Origin: a virus
IMG/VR virus record: IMGVR_UViG_3300010885_050383
Coordinates: 9,876-73,875 of that record
Strand: one strand, 5' to 3'
Length of the DNA stretch: 64,000 nucleotides
The notes under the pieces are model-generated. The model was not told where the DNA came from. It did not search any database and saw only the letters and a list, made by a program, of their open reading frames with translations. Positions within the stretch are counted from its first letter, which is position 1, and every line of letters starts with the position of its first letter. Position numbers and translations under genes: made by a program. This document shows, one piece after another, positions 1-8,971 of the stretch.

Positions 1-239
1 AAGAAAAAAAGATCTTCAATGAGAACATCATCATGCACAAATATTATTTTTTTCCCTCTGTTTTCTTCGGTAAGATATTTATTATAGATTTTTGTCAGGG
101 GTTCTTTGTTTTCGTAAACAATATCGTAGTCAGTACCAAATTTATAACCAATTTTATCTAAAAATATGGCTATTGCGGCTTTTTCTTGAAATTCATCCTG
201 TTTTAATTGAGTTGCTACTACGATTTTATATTTATTCAT
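1..239 (-). CDS. GT-A-type glycosyltransferase, partial (runs off left edge; not in ORF track)
   Basis: Manual translation from ATG at 239: MNKYKIVVATQLKQDEF...LTKIYNKYLTEENRGKKIIFVHDDVLIEDLFFL; 'IIFVHDDV' is a DxD-type motif following a 'xxxYN' helix, typical of GT2-like proteins. Confidence 0.65.
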   Translation of the reverse strand, partial: MNKYKIVVATQLKQDEFQEKAAIAIFLDKIGYKFGTDYDIVYENKEPLTKIYNKYLTEENRGKKIIFVHDDVLIEDLFF

Positions 240-288
240 GTTGTTTTTTTTATTTTTTTACTAATTAAAGTGTAAATATACTATAGTC

Positions 289-966
289 ATGTCTACCATA
301 AAAATCAACAAGCAAAAGATGAAAAAAAATCCAAAATCTACTATTCCTAAACAATGTTGTTGTGCAAAAAAGGAAACTAAACGCATTTTAGGAGGAAATA
401 CGGGTGCATATCTTGATCCTAAAAATAAAGCAGCCATTGACAATATTATAAGAGGTAATGCTCCTATGATTTCAGATAGTGCGGTTCCCTTTATGCGTAG
501 TTTTTTCCATGCTCTTCTTTCCGAGGCGGAAGGAGACGAAATATCTGCTCCACCAGAGGCAGAAATCAAAGATCTTCCCGCTGCACCACAATCTCCAGAT
601 GAATTTACACCAGAAAGAACAAAACAATCATTTGATAACTCTTTAGGAAGCCAGACACCAAAAGATGAATTTGATGTTGAAGGGGTTGATCCTAATGTTT
701 CTGTTGAAAGTATTAAACAAATTAAAAAATGGTCTGAAAAACTTGATCAATTTGCTGAATTTTTAAATGATCCTTCTACGCAATCCTTACACAAGATTCT
801 TGCTGATAATGATCGTGCTGGTAGCTTACTCCGTGGTGTAACTCGTAAAGCTTCCGACAGTATTACTCGTATTGCTGGTGAAATTGAAAAGTTAAAAGAA
901 GTTCTTAACTCCTTCATCATCATGGCTCCTAAAAAGCTTCGTGATACTGAGCAATTAAAGGGATAG
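289..966 (+). CDS. hypothetical protein (basic N-terminus, acidic middle, helical C-terminus); candidate internal head protein
   Basis: 225-aa ORF; TAAATA at 273-278; internal 'FMRSFFHALLSE' resembles the leader motif seen in other proteins here. Confidence 0.55.
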   Translation: MSTIKINKQKMKKNPKSTIPKQCCCAKKETKRILGGNTGAYLDPKNKAAIDNIIRGNAPMISDSAVPFMRSFFHALLSEAEGDEISAPPEAEIKDLPAAPQSPDEFTPERTKQSFDNSLGSQTPKDEFDVEGVDPNVSVESIKQIKKWSEKLDQFAEFLNDPSTQSLHKILADNDRAGSLLRGVTRKASDSITRIAGEIEKLKEVLNSFIIMAPKKLRDTEQLKG

Positions 967-970
967 TTTT

Positions 971-1468
971 ATGGACAGAGATAGTGCTCTGTTAGAAGAA
1001 GCTTATTTAAAGATAGCTGAAGCGTATTACGATAGGGAAGATGATCCTTATCATCAATACCGCCAAAATTTGTCTTTTTTTGTTAAAAAAAATGTTTTAA
1101 ATACAACTTATATAGTACATTTTTATTGTAACAGAGCAGAAGTTTCGGGAAAACCAAATAATAATAAAAAAGATTTGGATTATGAATATGAAAACGAAGA
1201 ATTTTTAGTATGGGATGTTTCTAAAACACCAGAGATATTAAAGTTTTATAATGAAGTAATGGAAGATGGTATAGATTTTGTAAGTAATTTAACAGACGAA
1301 ATTATAAATAAAGCGATTATAAACTATCCAAAAAAAAATCCAAATTTCATAGAAAAGTATCGAAGAAACCCAGTTTATGGAGTCTTGATCAGAGATGCAT
1401 ATGACATAGCTGATGATTTTTTATATGCTGGTTTTCAATGGGATCTAAAGCATGGATTTAGCCCATAA
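971..1468 (+). CDS. hypothetical protein with 'DSALLEEAYLKIAE' leader; candidate internal head protein
   Basis: 165-aa ORF directly after the previous gene; leader resembles that of 59979..60593. Confidence 0.55.
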   Translation: MDRDSALLEEAYLKIAEAYYDREDDPYHQYRQNLSFFVKKNVLNTTYIVHFYCNRAEVSGKPNNNKKDLDYEYENEEFLVWDVSKTPEILKFYNEVMEDGIDFVSNLTDEIINKAIINYPKKNPNFIEKYRRNPVYGVLIRDAYDIADDFLYAGFQWDLKHGFSP

Positions 1469-1471
1469 TAA

Positions 1472-2428
1472 TTAATATAAGTTATCTAAAATAAACTTAT
1501 AGTCAATTTCATTCAAGTTTTCTGATACTGCCCAATCATTAAAATCTTTATATGGCTTATCAGGCCACTTAAAAACCTTTTCCTTACGCTCCAAAAGCTT
1601 TATAATATTAACCTTTGCCGTCTCATCCATCTTTGGATTGTCCAAGACCCAAATTTTATCATGAAAAGGAAACTGTGCTAGTTGTTTTTCCTGTGTTTCG
1701 GTTAGGTTAAGTCCTGCAACAGCAACTCCATTACGCACCATAATGGCATCTAAGGCTCCTTCAAACAGAAAAAGGCTATCTATAGATGGCTCGGCTCTTT
1801 CTATACCAAAAACTGTCTTGTCGGCTCCACTTTTACCCAAATATCTAGGTTGAGAATCATCAAGTGCTCTGGTTTGATAGAAAACTATCTTTTTACCAAA
1901 ATCATAATAAGGAATACACAATCTATTTTTATGAATATTATCATTAAGACTAATGTAATAAGTAGAATTTTTATTTATTGCCGTGTTAAGCTTTCTTTTT
2001 TCTATGTATTCTAATGCTTTTTGAAAAAATTTATTAGTTCCGTAGAAACATTTTTGCTGATCATCATTCAAATTAATTGAATCATATGGCAGAACTGACA
2101 TTTCTTTTTGTACAAATCTTTTTTTAGATATTTCTTGGGTAAGATCTCTAGAGAAATTACCAGAAAAAGCTTCTGAATTAACTTCTTCCCATGTCATACC
2201 ACTATTTTCTTGAATCCATGCATATGCACTCCAGTGTTGAGTACAATTAAAACAATAAAAACTATTGGATTCTGGATAAAAGTATAATCTTTTTTTCTTT
2301 AACCAACTTTTGCCCTCTCTACAGATAGGACAAGAACCATTATAAATCTTATTGTATTTGTTATATGTAGGATCACCAGCATATGTGTAGAACTTTTCTA
2401 ACACATAATTGGATGGCAATTGTTTCAT
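1472..2428 (-). CDS. gp61: DNA primase (T4 gp61-like)
   Basis: Zn finger CPIC...YCFNC, 'RLCIPYYD...FYQTRAL', TOPRIM 'FEGALDA', 'VLDN', 'KDFND'. Confidence 0.9.
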   Translation of the reverse strand: MKQLPSNYVLEKFYTYAGDPTYNKYNKIYNGSCPICREGKSWLKKKRLYFYPESNSFYCFNCTQHWSAYAWIQENSGMTWEEVNSEAFSGNFSRDLTQEISKKRFVQKEMSVLPYDSINLNDDQQKCFYGTNKFFQKALEYIEKRKLNTAINKNSTYYISLNDNIHKNRLCIPYYDFGKKIVFYQTRALDDSQPRYLGKSGADKTVFGIERAEPSIDSLFLFEGALDAIMVRNGVAVAGLNLTETQEKQLAQFPFHDKIWVLDNPKMDETAKVNIIKLLERKEKVFKWPDKPYKDFNDWAVSENLNEIDYKFILDNLY

Positions 2429-2434
2429 GCCATT

Positions 2435-2462
2435 ATTCTACTAAATATTTTCGTAGTGTCAA
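2435..2462 (-). promoter_or_regulatory. sigma70-like promoter for primase (TTGACA-16-TAGAAT), ATG 7 nt downstream of -10
   Basis: Reverse complement reads TTGACA ctacgaaaatatttag TAGAAT aatggc ATG. Confidence 0.7.
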
Positions 2463-3307
2463 TAACCTAAACGATAACCACTACCCGGATCACTCATATC
2501 TTCATCATTAAAATAATCCCTAGTTGCCATAGTTCTTTTAAATGTATCTCTTATATCACTACTTGCAGAAAGTGGATCGTAGTTGGCTTCGTCTTCTTCA
2601 TCAGATTCTTCGGGAGGTCTAAGAATAACAGAAAGTTTATTTTCAACATTTTTTCCAACATAATCTTTTTCAATTAACTTTGAAATTATCGCAGAAGCTT
2701 CTTCATCATGAAGATAAAGTTCATCTTCAATAAATCTAATGACTTCATCATAATCAACTGGTGTTTCATGTTCACCAATAAATTCTAACACTTTTTCTTC
2801 TTCGGGGGACAGGGTATGTTTATATGATTTTTCGTCTGGGGTTTGTTCTGTGTCTTCTAACCCTTCGGTTTCAGAAGGGGGAGCAGCGACTTGTTTTACT
2901 GCATCAGTATGATCAATTATTACATTAAGAAGAGCTTTTGAAAGATTAGCTACCAAAGTTTTACGATTTTCGCCTTTGTGTTTATAGGCTTCGTGTGCAG
3001 CAGTTTCGATAAGATCCATTAAATCTCTAAAAGTAGAAGGTTTATTTTCTGGCTCTTCGGCATAATCTGCAACTTCTGAAAGCATTGTTTTAAATTTTTC
3101 AATATCAATATTTGGATAACGTTCTCTTTGTCTTTCTCCTCTTCCAGCAAGAGTAGCATTGATAGCAGCATCTATTTCTCCAGATTCAATCTTTTGTTTG
3201 AGTGCATTTCCATCGACGGAAATATACGAAAACTTTTCAGATTTCTTTTTACGTCCTTCTTCAAGAATTGAAGAAATAATACTTTCTGCTAAAATATCAA
3301 ATTTCAT
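2459..3307 (-). CDS. acidic hypothetical protein with possible C-terminal winged-helix; leader MKFDILAESIISSILEE
   Basis: 282-aa ORF; 'LSPEEEKVLEFI...VDYDEVI...ASAIISKLIEKDYV' has wHTH spacing; TAAATA at 3321-3326 (minus). Confidence 0.5.
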   Translation of the reverse strand: MKFDILAESIISSILEEGRKKKSEKFSYISVDGNALKQKIESGEIDAAINATLAGRGERQRERYPNIDIEKFKTMLSEVADYAEEPENKPSTFRDLMDLIETAAHEAYKHKGENRKTLVANLSKALLNVIIDHTDAVKQVAAPPSETEGLEDTEQTPDEKSYKHTLSPEEEKVLEFIGEHETPVDYDEVIRFIEDELYLHDEEASAIISKLIEKDYVGKNVENKLSVILRPPEESDEEDEANYDPLSASSDIRDTFKRTMATRDYFNDEDMSDPGSGYRLGY

Positions 3308-3338
3308 ATATTGTATATTTTATTTATCTTTTTATATG

Positions 3339-4022
3339 TTAAAAATCGGTAATTATTCTTTTATCTTCTCCTGCATTAGCTGCTTCTTCTAATGTAATGT
3401 CAGAAATCAAGCTAGTTTCTTCTCCAAAAGCATTTCCTTCTTTATCAAGGTACATCTCCATTAACTTAATTCTTTCTTGAGGATTTCCGAAAATTTCAAT
3501 TATTGGTGGAGCATCCGAAGCATCAAACACCCTACCATCTTTTTGATTGTAAGAATGAACAAATATCTTAAAAATATTGTCAATTTCTTCTCTATAAATT
3601 AAATCCTCTTCACGAAGCTCATCTTTCTCAAAAGAAACGGGTGCTATGGGAGTAAGAGGAATGAAAAAAACAATATCAAGCATTTTTAATGCTTCTCTGA
3701 CAATAATTCGTGTTTCGTCTAAAAATTTATCAGACACTTTTCCGTTTAAATTTAACCAAGACGAATAAGCAAGGTTATCTAATACGCAACGATCAAAAAT
3801 AACATTATCAGTTTTAGAGTATTTCTGCAATTGCTCACAGAGTGCATCAAGAATAAGTCTTTGTCCTTTTTCAGTCCCTTGTTTGGAATGAGGAAGTTTT
3901 TTTTTCTTTATAAGATTCCTATATGACTCTTTTGGAGTTTCATAATTAGGCCAATTTTTAATAAAATCTCTTATGAATGTACTTTTTCCTGTGCAGTGGG
4001 TTCCAGATATTGCTATTTTCAT
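3339..4022 (-). CDS. P-loop NTPase, AAA_28/NadR-kinase or thymidylate-kinase-like
   Basis: N-terminal 'KIAISGTHCTGKST' Walker A and 'IFDRCVLDNLAYS' motif of the NMP-kinase fold. Confidence 0.7.
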   Translation of the reverse strand: MKIAISGTHCTGKSTFIRDFIKNWPNYETPKESYRNLIKKKKLPHSKQGTEKGQRLILDALCEQLQKYSKTDNVIFDRCVLDNLAYSSWLNLNGKVSDKFLDETRIIVREALKMLDIVFFIPLTPIAPVSFEKDELREEDLIYREEIDNIFKIFVHSYNQKDGRVFDASDAPPIIEIFGNPQERIKLMEMYLDKEGNAFGEETSLISDITLEEAANAGEDKRIITDF

Positions 4023-4025
4023 TTT

Positions 4026-4292
4026 TTAAATTTCTTCTTTTTCTATTTCGGGGAAGTATTCTAAAAGATTTTCGGTTAAGGGGTCTTCAAATGGGAGATC
4101 TTTGAGAATAAAAACATTTTTCAATAAGATACTAGGATAGGTTTTTCTTATTTGCAAGGCTAATTTAGTCAATTCTTCGAGATTTTCTTTATACCAATTT
4201 GCATTTATATCAGAAGTTGATGAAAGTAACAGAGACTCAGTTATTAACTGGATCTGTTCTTCTGTTAAGTTATCAATAGAATATGTTTTCAT
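4026..4292 (-). CDS. hypothetical protein (start probably second ATG, 4292)
   Basis: ORF track gives 4026..4301, but promoter TTGATT-16-TAATAT (4329-4302) ends right at the first ATG, favouring MKTYSID as start. Confidence 0.5.
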   Translation of the reverse strand: MKTYSIDNLTEEQIQLITESLLLSSTSDINANWYKENLEELTKLALQIRKTYPSILLKNVFILKDLPFEDPLTENLLEYFPEIEKEEI

Positions 4293-4301
4293 ATATTCCA
4301 T

Positions 4302-4329
4302 ATATTAACAACTTATGTTAATAAATCAA
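4302..4329 (-). promoter_or_regulatory. sigma70-like promoter (TTGATT-16-TGtTAATAT)
   Basis: Reverse complement cTTGATTtattaacataagtTGtTAATAT. Confidence 0.55.
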
Positions 4330-4335
4330 GTTTTT

Positions 4336-4722
4336 TTATTCGTCTGACCAATCAGTATTTTCTGGTGTTTTTCCGTCATTCAAATAACCCATAAGAATAT
4401 CTTCAATAAATTGAAGTTCTTCTTTAGAATTTTTACCATCAATATCTAATTTAGAAAGCTGATAACGTTCATTATCTTTTTTTGTAGATTTAGCTAAAGA
4501 ATCTCGTAAAGACTTTAAAAGTGTCTTGTATTTGATGAGATCAATTCCATTAACATCTTCTTCGCTAGGAAGAGCAGATGAAGAATCTGAAACTTGAGTA
4601 GGTTCAGGTGCTACTGTATTTCCAGTACCAATAGGACTCTGGCTAGTTGGTGCTGGTAATTGGTTTTCACCACCAATGTCTTCAGTCAACACTTTGTTTA
4701 CAAGTTTTAAGAATTTACTCAT
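4336..4722 (-). CDS. hypothetical protein, leader MSKFLKLVNKVLTE; candidate internal head protein
   Basis: 128-aa ORF, disordered P/S/T segment after the leader; TAAATA at 4730-4735 (minus). Confidence 0.55.
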   Translation of the reverse strand: MSKFLKLVNKVLTEDIGGENQLPAPTSQSPIGTGNTVAPEPTQVSDSSSALPSEEDVNGIDLIKYKTLLKSLRDSLAKSTKKDNERYQLSKLDIDGKNSKEELQFIEDILMGYLNDGKTPENTDWSDE

Positions 4723-4738
4723 TGTTTATTATTTACTC

Positions 4739-5224
4739 TTATTTTATATATTTTGTAAAAAAATCTAAATCATCGCCATTTGGTATACCTATTCTTAGAC
4801 CTTTATAAGTTCCTTCAACATTCTGAAAGAGTTTATTATTATTATTCTTTATACTTATGAAATACTTAGTTTTCTTCTTTTTATATAATTTCTTTATATT
4901 ATTACCAAATTCTTCTGTATTAAGAAAATAATTAGAATATTCTGAAGATAATTTAGTATCTTTATAAATTGTTAATATTTTAATATTTAAATCCTTAAAA
5001 ATTATAATAAACAAGTTTAGCAACATGTCAAGTTCTTTTTCTAAAAAATATTTAAAATATTTTTCTTTCTGGGTGATTAGCTTGCCATCTAAAAGATCCC
5101 ATTCTTCAAAATCCCTTATAATATTATTAGCTAAAATGGGAAGATATTCGTCTAAAGGGAACACTATAACTCTTTGTGAGATATAGTATATCAAAAAATC
5201 TTTAATTTTCGTTTTCTCGGACAT
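4739..5224 (-). CDS. hypothetical protein
   Basis: 161-aa ORF overlapping the upstream gene end; no motif recognised. Confidence 0.5.
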   Translation of the reverse strand: MSEKTKIKDFLIYYISQRVIVFPLDEYLPILANNIIRDFEEWDLLDGKLITQKEKYFKYFLEKELDMLLNLFIIIFKDLNIKILTIYKDTKLSSEYSNYFLNTEEFGNNIKKLYKKKKTKYFISIKNNNNKLFQNVEGTYKGLRIGIPNGDDLDFFTKYIK

Positions 5225-5765
5225 TAATATCCATTATAGCATCGACTAAAGCTTTTTCAACTATTTCTGGGGGCAATTCTAACGAAGCTTCTGTAACTAG
5301 TTTAGAAAATTCTTTAAGTTGTTTAGAAAATTTTTGTTTAAATTCGACAGTTTTTATTAATTCTGGTTTAGAAAGTTTACCATAGGTAGGAGTTTCTTGT
5401 AAAGAGAAGGTTTCCAGTAATGGTTCTGTGATAGAAGCAATAATTGCTGCTGTTCTCTTATAAACCCTATCTAATGGAGATTTATATAAAGTATTTTCTT
5501 TCAATAATTTACTAGCAACATTAAAAAGATAAGTCATAATAGCTGCTTTTTCGGTTTTAATTGCTGAAGAATTTAAAAATTCTGGCCCTCTTACATGAAA
5601 AGTTCCGTATGGGTTATACAAACATCCACTCCCTTGATAAGGAGAACCACAATAAATACACCTTCCGGGTTCGTCCATGTGAACATGAGTATCAGTAGGA
5701 GAATAAAGGCAGGGTTTTCCGTAAGTTGATGAACCACAATATATACATGAAGTTTGATTAGACAT
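5202..5765 (-). CDS. protein with tandem Cys/His (Zn-binding-like) repeat
   Basis: Two copies: CIYCGSSTYGKPCLYSPTDTHVH / CIYCGSPYQGSGCLYNPYGTFHV. Confidence 0.6.
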   Translation of the reverse strand: MSNQTSCIYCGSSTYGKPCLYSPTDTHVHMDEPGRCIYCGSPYQGSGCLYNPYGTFHVRGPEFLNSSAIKTEKAAIMTYLFNVASKLLKENTLYKSPLDRVYKRTAAIIASITEPLLETFSLQETPTYGKLSKPELIKTVEFKQKFSKQLKEFSKLVTEASLELPPEIVEKALVDAIMDINVRENEN

Positions 5766-5774
5766 TATTTATAT

Positions 5775-6209
5775 TTAGTGAGGTTGGCGGTATTTTTCTA
5801 GTTCTGCTTTAGGAGCTTTACCAATTCTGCAATTTATAATCCCATTGTGGTAATCGTCTCTGAATAAAACATCTTTATCTATCTGTTCTTTGATTTCAAA
5901 ATAAGCCAATGCCCATTTAGAATCACATATTCTTAAAATTTTAAATATAAATTTGTCCTTTCCATACTTTTTAATTTCTTCATTCAAATCATTTGAAGAA
6001 CTTGTATATGTTTTCCAATCCGACTCTTTAAAATCAATTCGATTGCGAGTTTTACCCTTTAAAGGTTTTCTTTTGATACGAGAATGGCATTGTTTTTTAC
6101 CAATATACTTTTTATTTGTGACTGAATTGGTTATTTCGTAAATAAAACCAAAAGTATTTTCATCCACTACAACATTTTCTTCCAAAACCCAATGTCCAGT
6201 ATCTTTCAT
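5775..6209 (-). CDS. GIY-YIG family endonuclease
   Basis: 'GFIYEITNSVTNKKYIGKK' GIY-YIG motif, 'YTSSS', conserved E ('YFEIKEQ') and terminal 'YHN'. Confidence 0.85.
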   Translation of the reverse strand: MKDTGHWVLEENVVVDENTFGFIYEITNSVTNKKYIGKKQCHSRIKRKPLKGKTRNRIDFKESDWKTYTSSSNDLNEEIKKYGKDKFIFKILRICDSKWALAYFEIKEQIDKDVLFRDDYHNGIINCRIGKAPKAELEKYRQPH

Positions 6210-6520
6210 GCTCCTAAGAAGGTTTCTGGAAATTTTCTAGTGATTGTAGGAAACATTTTCTTTGTAGCAACAGCTGGTCGTTTTTTCCCAATTTTTTTAC
6301 CGGGTTTTTTGGCATTAGAAGGTTTTCTATCTGTTTTTTTTGTTTCATATGCTCCAAATAAATTGCGTCCATCATTAGGAGCATAGGTGTCTGCTGAATC
6401 AACATTGGATGGCGGATTGTACACAGCTTGTTGTGGAGTGCCAAACACACCACTAGACATATTACCAGCAGCAATATTTTCCATTATATTATTAAATAAA
6501 AGTTGAAATTTATTTGACAT
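6206..6520 (-). CDS. hypothetical protein, leader MSNKFQLLFNNIME, basic C-terminus
   Basis: 104-aa ORF, ATGA overlap with the GIY-YIG gene; TAAGTA at 6540-6545 (minus). Confidence 0.55.
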   Translation of the reverse strand: MSNKFQLLFNNIMENIAAGNMSSGVFGTPQQAVYNPPSNVDSADTYAPNDGRNLFGAYETKKTDRKPSNAKKPGKKIGKKRPAVATKKMFPTITRKFPETFLGA

Positions 6521-6544
6521 ATGTTAATATTCTTAATATTACTT

Positions 6545-6943
6545 ATGGACAAGCTAGAAGAATTCAAAAAAGAATTGCAAGAAGACACTCAAATAGACGA
6601 GTTAAATCTTCTACAAAAGCAATTAATGCTTCCTGCCATCAAACATAAATGGGTTGCTCGTTTGATTGATGAAAAAAGAAGGGTTAACAGATTAAAAACC
6701 CAAAAGAAAATTATTAGGGAAGGAGTTTTGACTTCTATGGAAACTAATGGTATTCCACCCGGAATACCTAAAGCTAAGATTGATAGAAAAATAGAAACTT
6801 CACAATCTATTATTAAAATAGACGAAGATATTCAAGAATGTGAAATTTTAATTGAATACCTTGAAAAGGTTGAAAGTATATTTCGATCCATGACCTTCGA
6901 CTTAAAAAATATCGTTGAAATAACGAGAATGGAAACAACATAA
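6545..6943 (+). CDS. uvsY: recombination mediator UvsY-like
   Basis: Helical coiled-coil, 'DTQIDELNL...KHKW', 'IEYLEKVESIFRSMTFDLKNIVE' C-terminus, immediately upstream of UvsW; start moved to ATG 6545. Confidence 0.75.
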   Translation: MDKLEEFKKELQEDTQIDELNLLQKQLMLPAIKHKWVARLIDEKRRVNRLKTQKKIIREGVLTSMETNGIPPGIPKAKIDRKIETSQSIIKIDEDIQECEILIEYLEKVESIFRSMTFDLKNIVEITRMETT

Positions 6944-8358
6944 TGATTTATATAGATGTTAAAAATCAAAAAGGGCAAATAACTTCAGATTCAGATACTT
7001 TAAATCTGATTCGTGAAAAATTTTCTATTGCTAATCCTGCTTATAGAAAAAACACAAAATTTGTTTCTGCTAGATTATATTCAATAACCCCAAAAGGAAA
7101 ATTTGAAGTTGGTTTGTTAAAAGATATTGTTACATATATTCAACTTAATGGATATGATTTTACGATAAGTGATGATTTAAAAAAAGAATTTTCGTGTGGG
7201 TTCAATGAACCAGTTGTAAAAGAACTTTCCCTACCTTTTAGGGATTATCAAGAACAATCTATCATTGCTTCCTTAAAACAAGGCAGGGGAGTCGTTGTAA
7301 TTCCTACGGCAGGTGGTAAGACTCTCATCTGTGCGGGACTTATTGAAAGCTTGAGAGAAAATCTCAAAGACCCTGAAGCACTTGTTTTAGTTACAGTTCC
7401 TTCCATCCAACTTGTAGAGCAAACTGCCAATGATTTTATTAACTATGGCATAGAAAAAGTAACCAAATGGTCAGGAAATAATAAACTTGACCCATCTGGA
7501 CGAGTAATTGTTGCAGGAACACAATTTTTATTGTCTGATAAAACAGATTTATCAATTTTGGCAGATGTAAAAATTTTATTAGTCGATGAATGTCATAATT
7601 TACGAAAGGGCAATGAAATTAACAAAGTGTTATCATTTATTAATTCACCGCATAAGTTTGGGTTTACAGGAACCCTACCAACTTCTTTGATAGATCAGTG
7701 GAATATTATCGGAAAGCTTGGTCCAATAAACTTTGAACAAAAAACTGAAACTTTAAAAAATCAAGATTACATTTCAAACTTTAAAATAACAGTAGTAAAA
7801 ATTAAACATTCTTCAATGCCAAATTTTACTGATTATAGTTCTCCGACTGCAACATATGAAAATGAGCTGACATATCTGATTCATAACAATAGAAGAAATG
7901 AAATTATTTGTAAAATTGCTGAAAAATTAAAGCAAAATACTATTATAATGGTCGATAGAATTGATCATGGGTTAAATATAGAAGCTAAATTAAAAACAAA
8001 TTGCCCGAAAGATCGACCGATTTTTTATATAAGCGGAGCAACTGAAGTAGAAGATAGAGAAAAAATAAGAGAATTGATGAAAGATAGGAATGATGTGGTT
8101 GTCATTGCTATATCTAAAATATTTAGTACTGGTATTAACATACCAAATCTTCATAACATTATTTTTGCATCTGCTGGAAAAGCAAAAATAAAGATTATGC
8201 AATCCATAGGTCGTGCATTACGTTTACATCCCACTAAAAAGTTAGCTAATATATTTGATATTGCAGATAATACCAAATATGGTAAGATACACCTTACTGA
8301 ACGCAAAAAGCTTTATGACTCAGAAAATTATGAATACACCGAAAAAGAAATATCGTAA
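6943..8358 (+). CDS. uvsW: SF2 DNA helicase UvsW
   Basis: 'FRDYQ', Walker A 'PTAGGKT', 'VDECH', 'GFTGT', 'FSTGINIPNLH', 'QSIGRALR'. Confidence 0.92.
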   Translation: MIYIDVKNQKGQITSDSDTLNLIREKFSIANPAYRKNTKFVSARLYSITPKGKFEVGLLKDIVTYIQLNGYDFTISDDLKKEFSCGFNEPVVKELSLPFRDYQEQSIIASLKQGRGVVVIPTAGGKTLICAGLIESLRENLKDPEALVLVTVPSIQLVEQTANDFINYGIEKVTKWSGNNKLDPSGRVIVAGTQFLLSDKTDLSILADVKILLVDECHNLRKGNEINKVLSFINSPHKFGFTGTLPTSLIDQWNIIGKLGPINFEQKTETLKNQDYISNFKITVVKIKHSSMPNFTDYSSPTATYENELTYLIHNNRRNEIICKIAEKLKQNTIIMVDRIDHGLNIEAKLKTNCPKDRPIFYISGATEVEDREKIRELMKDRNDVVVIAISKIFSTGINIPNLHNIIFASAGKAKIKIMQSIGRALRLHPTKKLANIFDIADNTKYGKIHLTERKKLYDSENYEYTEKEIS

Positions 8359-8971
8359 AAAAAGTAAAATATCAGAAGATACTATAAATTATTCTCCAGA
8401 AGAAGCGGAGATTTTAGGTATTGATCTTGAAGAAGATCTTCCAATTGAAGAAGACATCGAAGAAATCGAAGAAGAAGAAGATTTTGATGCGGAAGAAATT
8501 GAGAAAATTATCGTTGAGGATGATACAAAACCTAAAAAAAGAGGCAAAAAACCAGATAAAACTAAATTTTATGTAGATCCGAAAGAATTTGATCAACAAA
8601 TTATAGTTTATTACAACAGTGGAGTTTTAAACGACGAACTAGCTGAGATGGTGAGTAAGATTGCACACAAACTAAGCTATGCTCCCAACTTTATAAATTA
8701 TTCGTATAGAGAAGAAATGGTAGGTGATGGTATTATTAGAATGTTTAAGGCTCTTATGTCTAAAAAGTACAATCATTCTAAGGGTAATAATCCATTTTCA
8801 TACTTTACCCGAATAGCTTTTAATGCATTTAGGAATAGAATCAAGAAAGAAAAGCATATTCATGAGACACACGAAAGGTATCAGAATGAGTATTTAACAT
8901 TTTCTGAAAACTATAACAATATGGTTAAAAACAACAGAACCAAAATGTATAAAAACAGTCAAGATAGCTAA
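8330..8971 (+). CDS. gp55: late-transcription sigma factor (T4 gp55-like) with acidic N-terminal extension
   Basis: 'FYVDPKEF', 'KIAHKLSYAPNFINYSYREEMVGDGI', 'NPFSYFTRIAFNAFRNRIKKEK'; start uncertain (8315 or 8330). Confidence 0.88.
   Translation: MNTPKKKYRKKSKISEDTINYSPEEAEILGIDLEEDLPIEEDIEEIEEEEDFDAEEIEKIIVEDDTKPKKRGKKPDKTKFYVDPKEFDQQIIVYYNSGVLNDELAEMVSKIAHKLSYAPNFINYSYREEMVGDGIIRMFKALMSKKYNHSKGNNPFSYFTRIAFNAFRNRIKKEKHIHETHERYQNEYLTFSENYNNMVKNNRTKMYKNSQDS

Noticed and set aside
5775-6209. GIY-YIG gene as a mobile homing endonuclease
   Set aside because: Catalytic domain only, with no DNA-binding repeats and no interrupted host gene; more likely a resident nuclease
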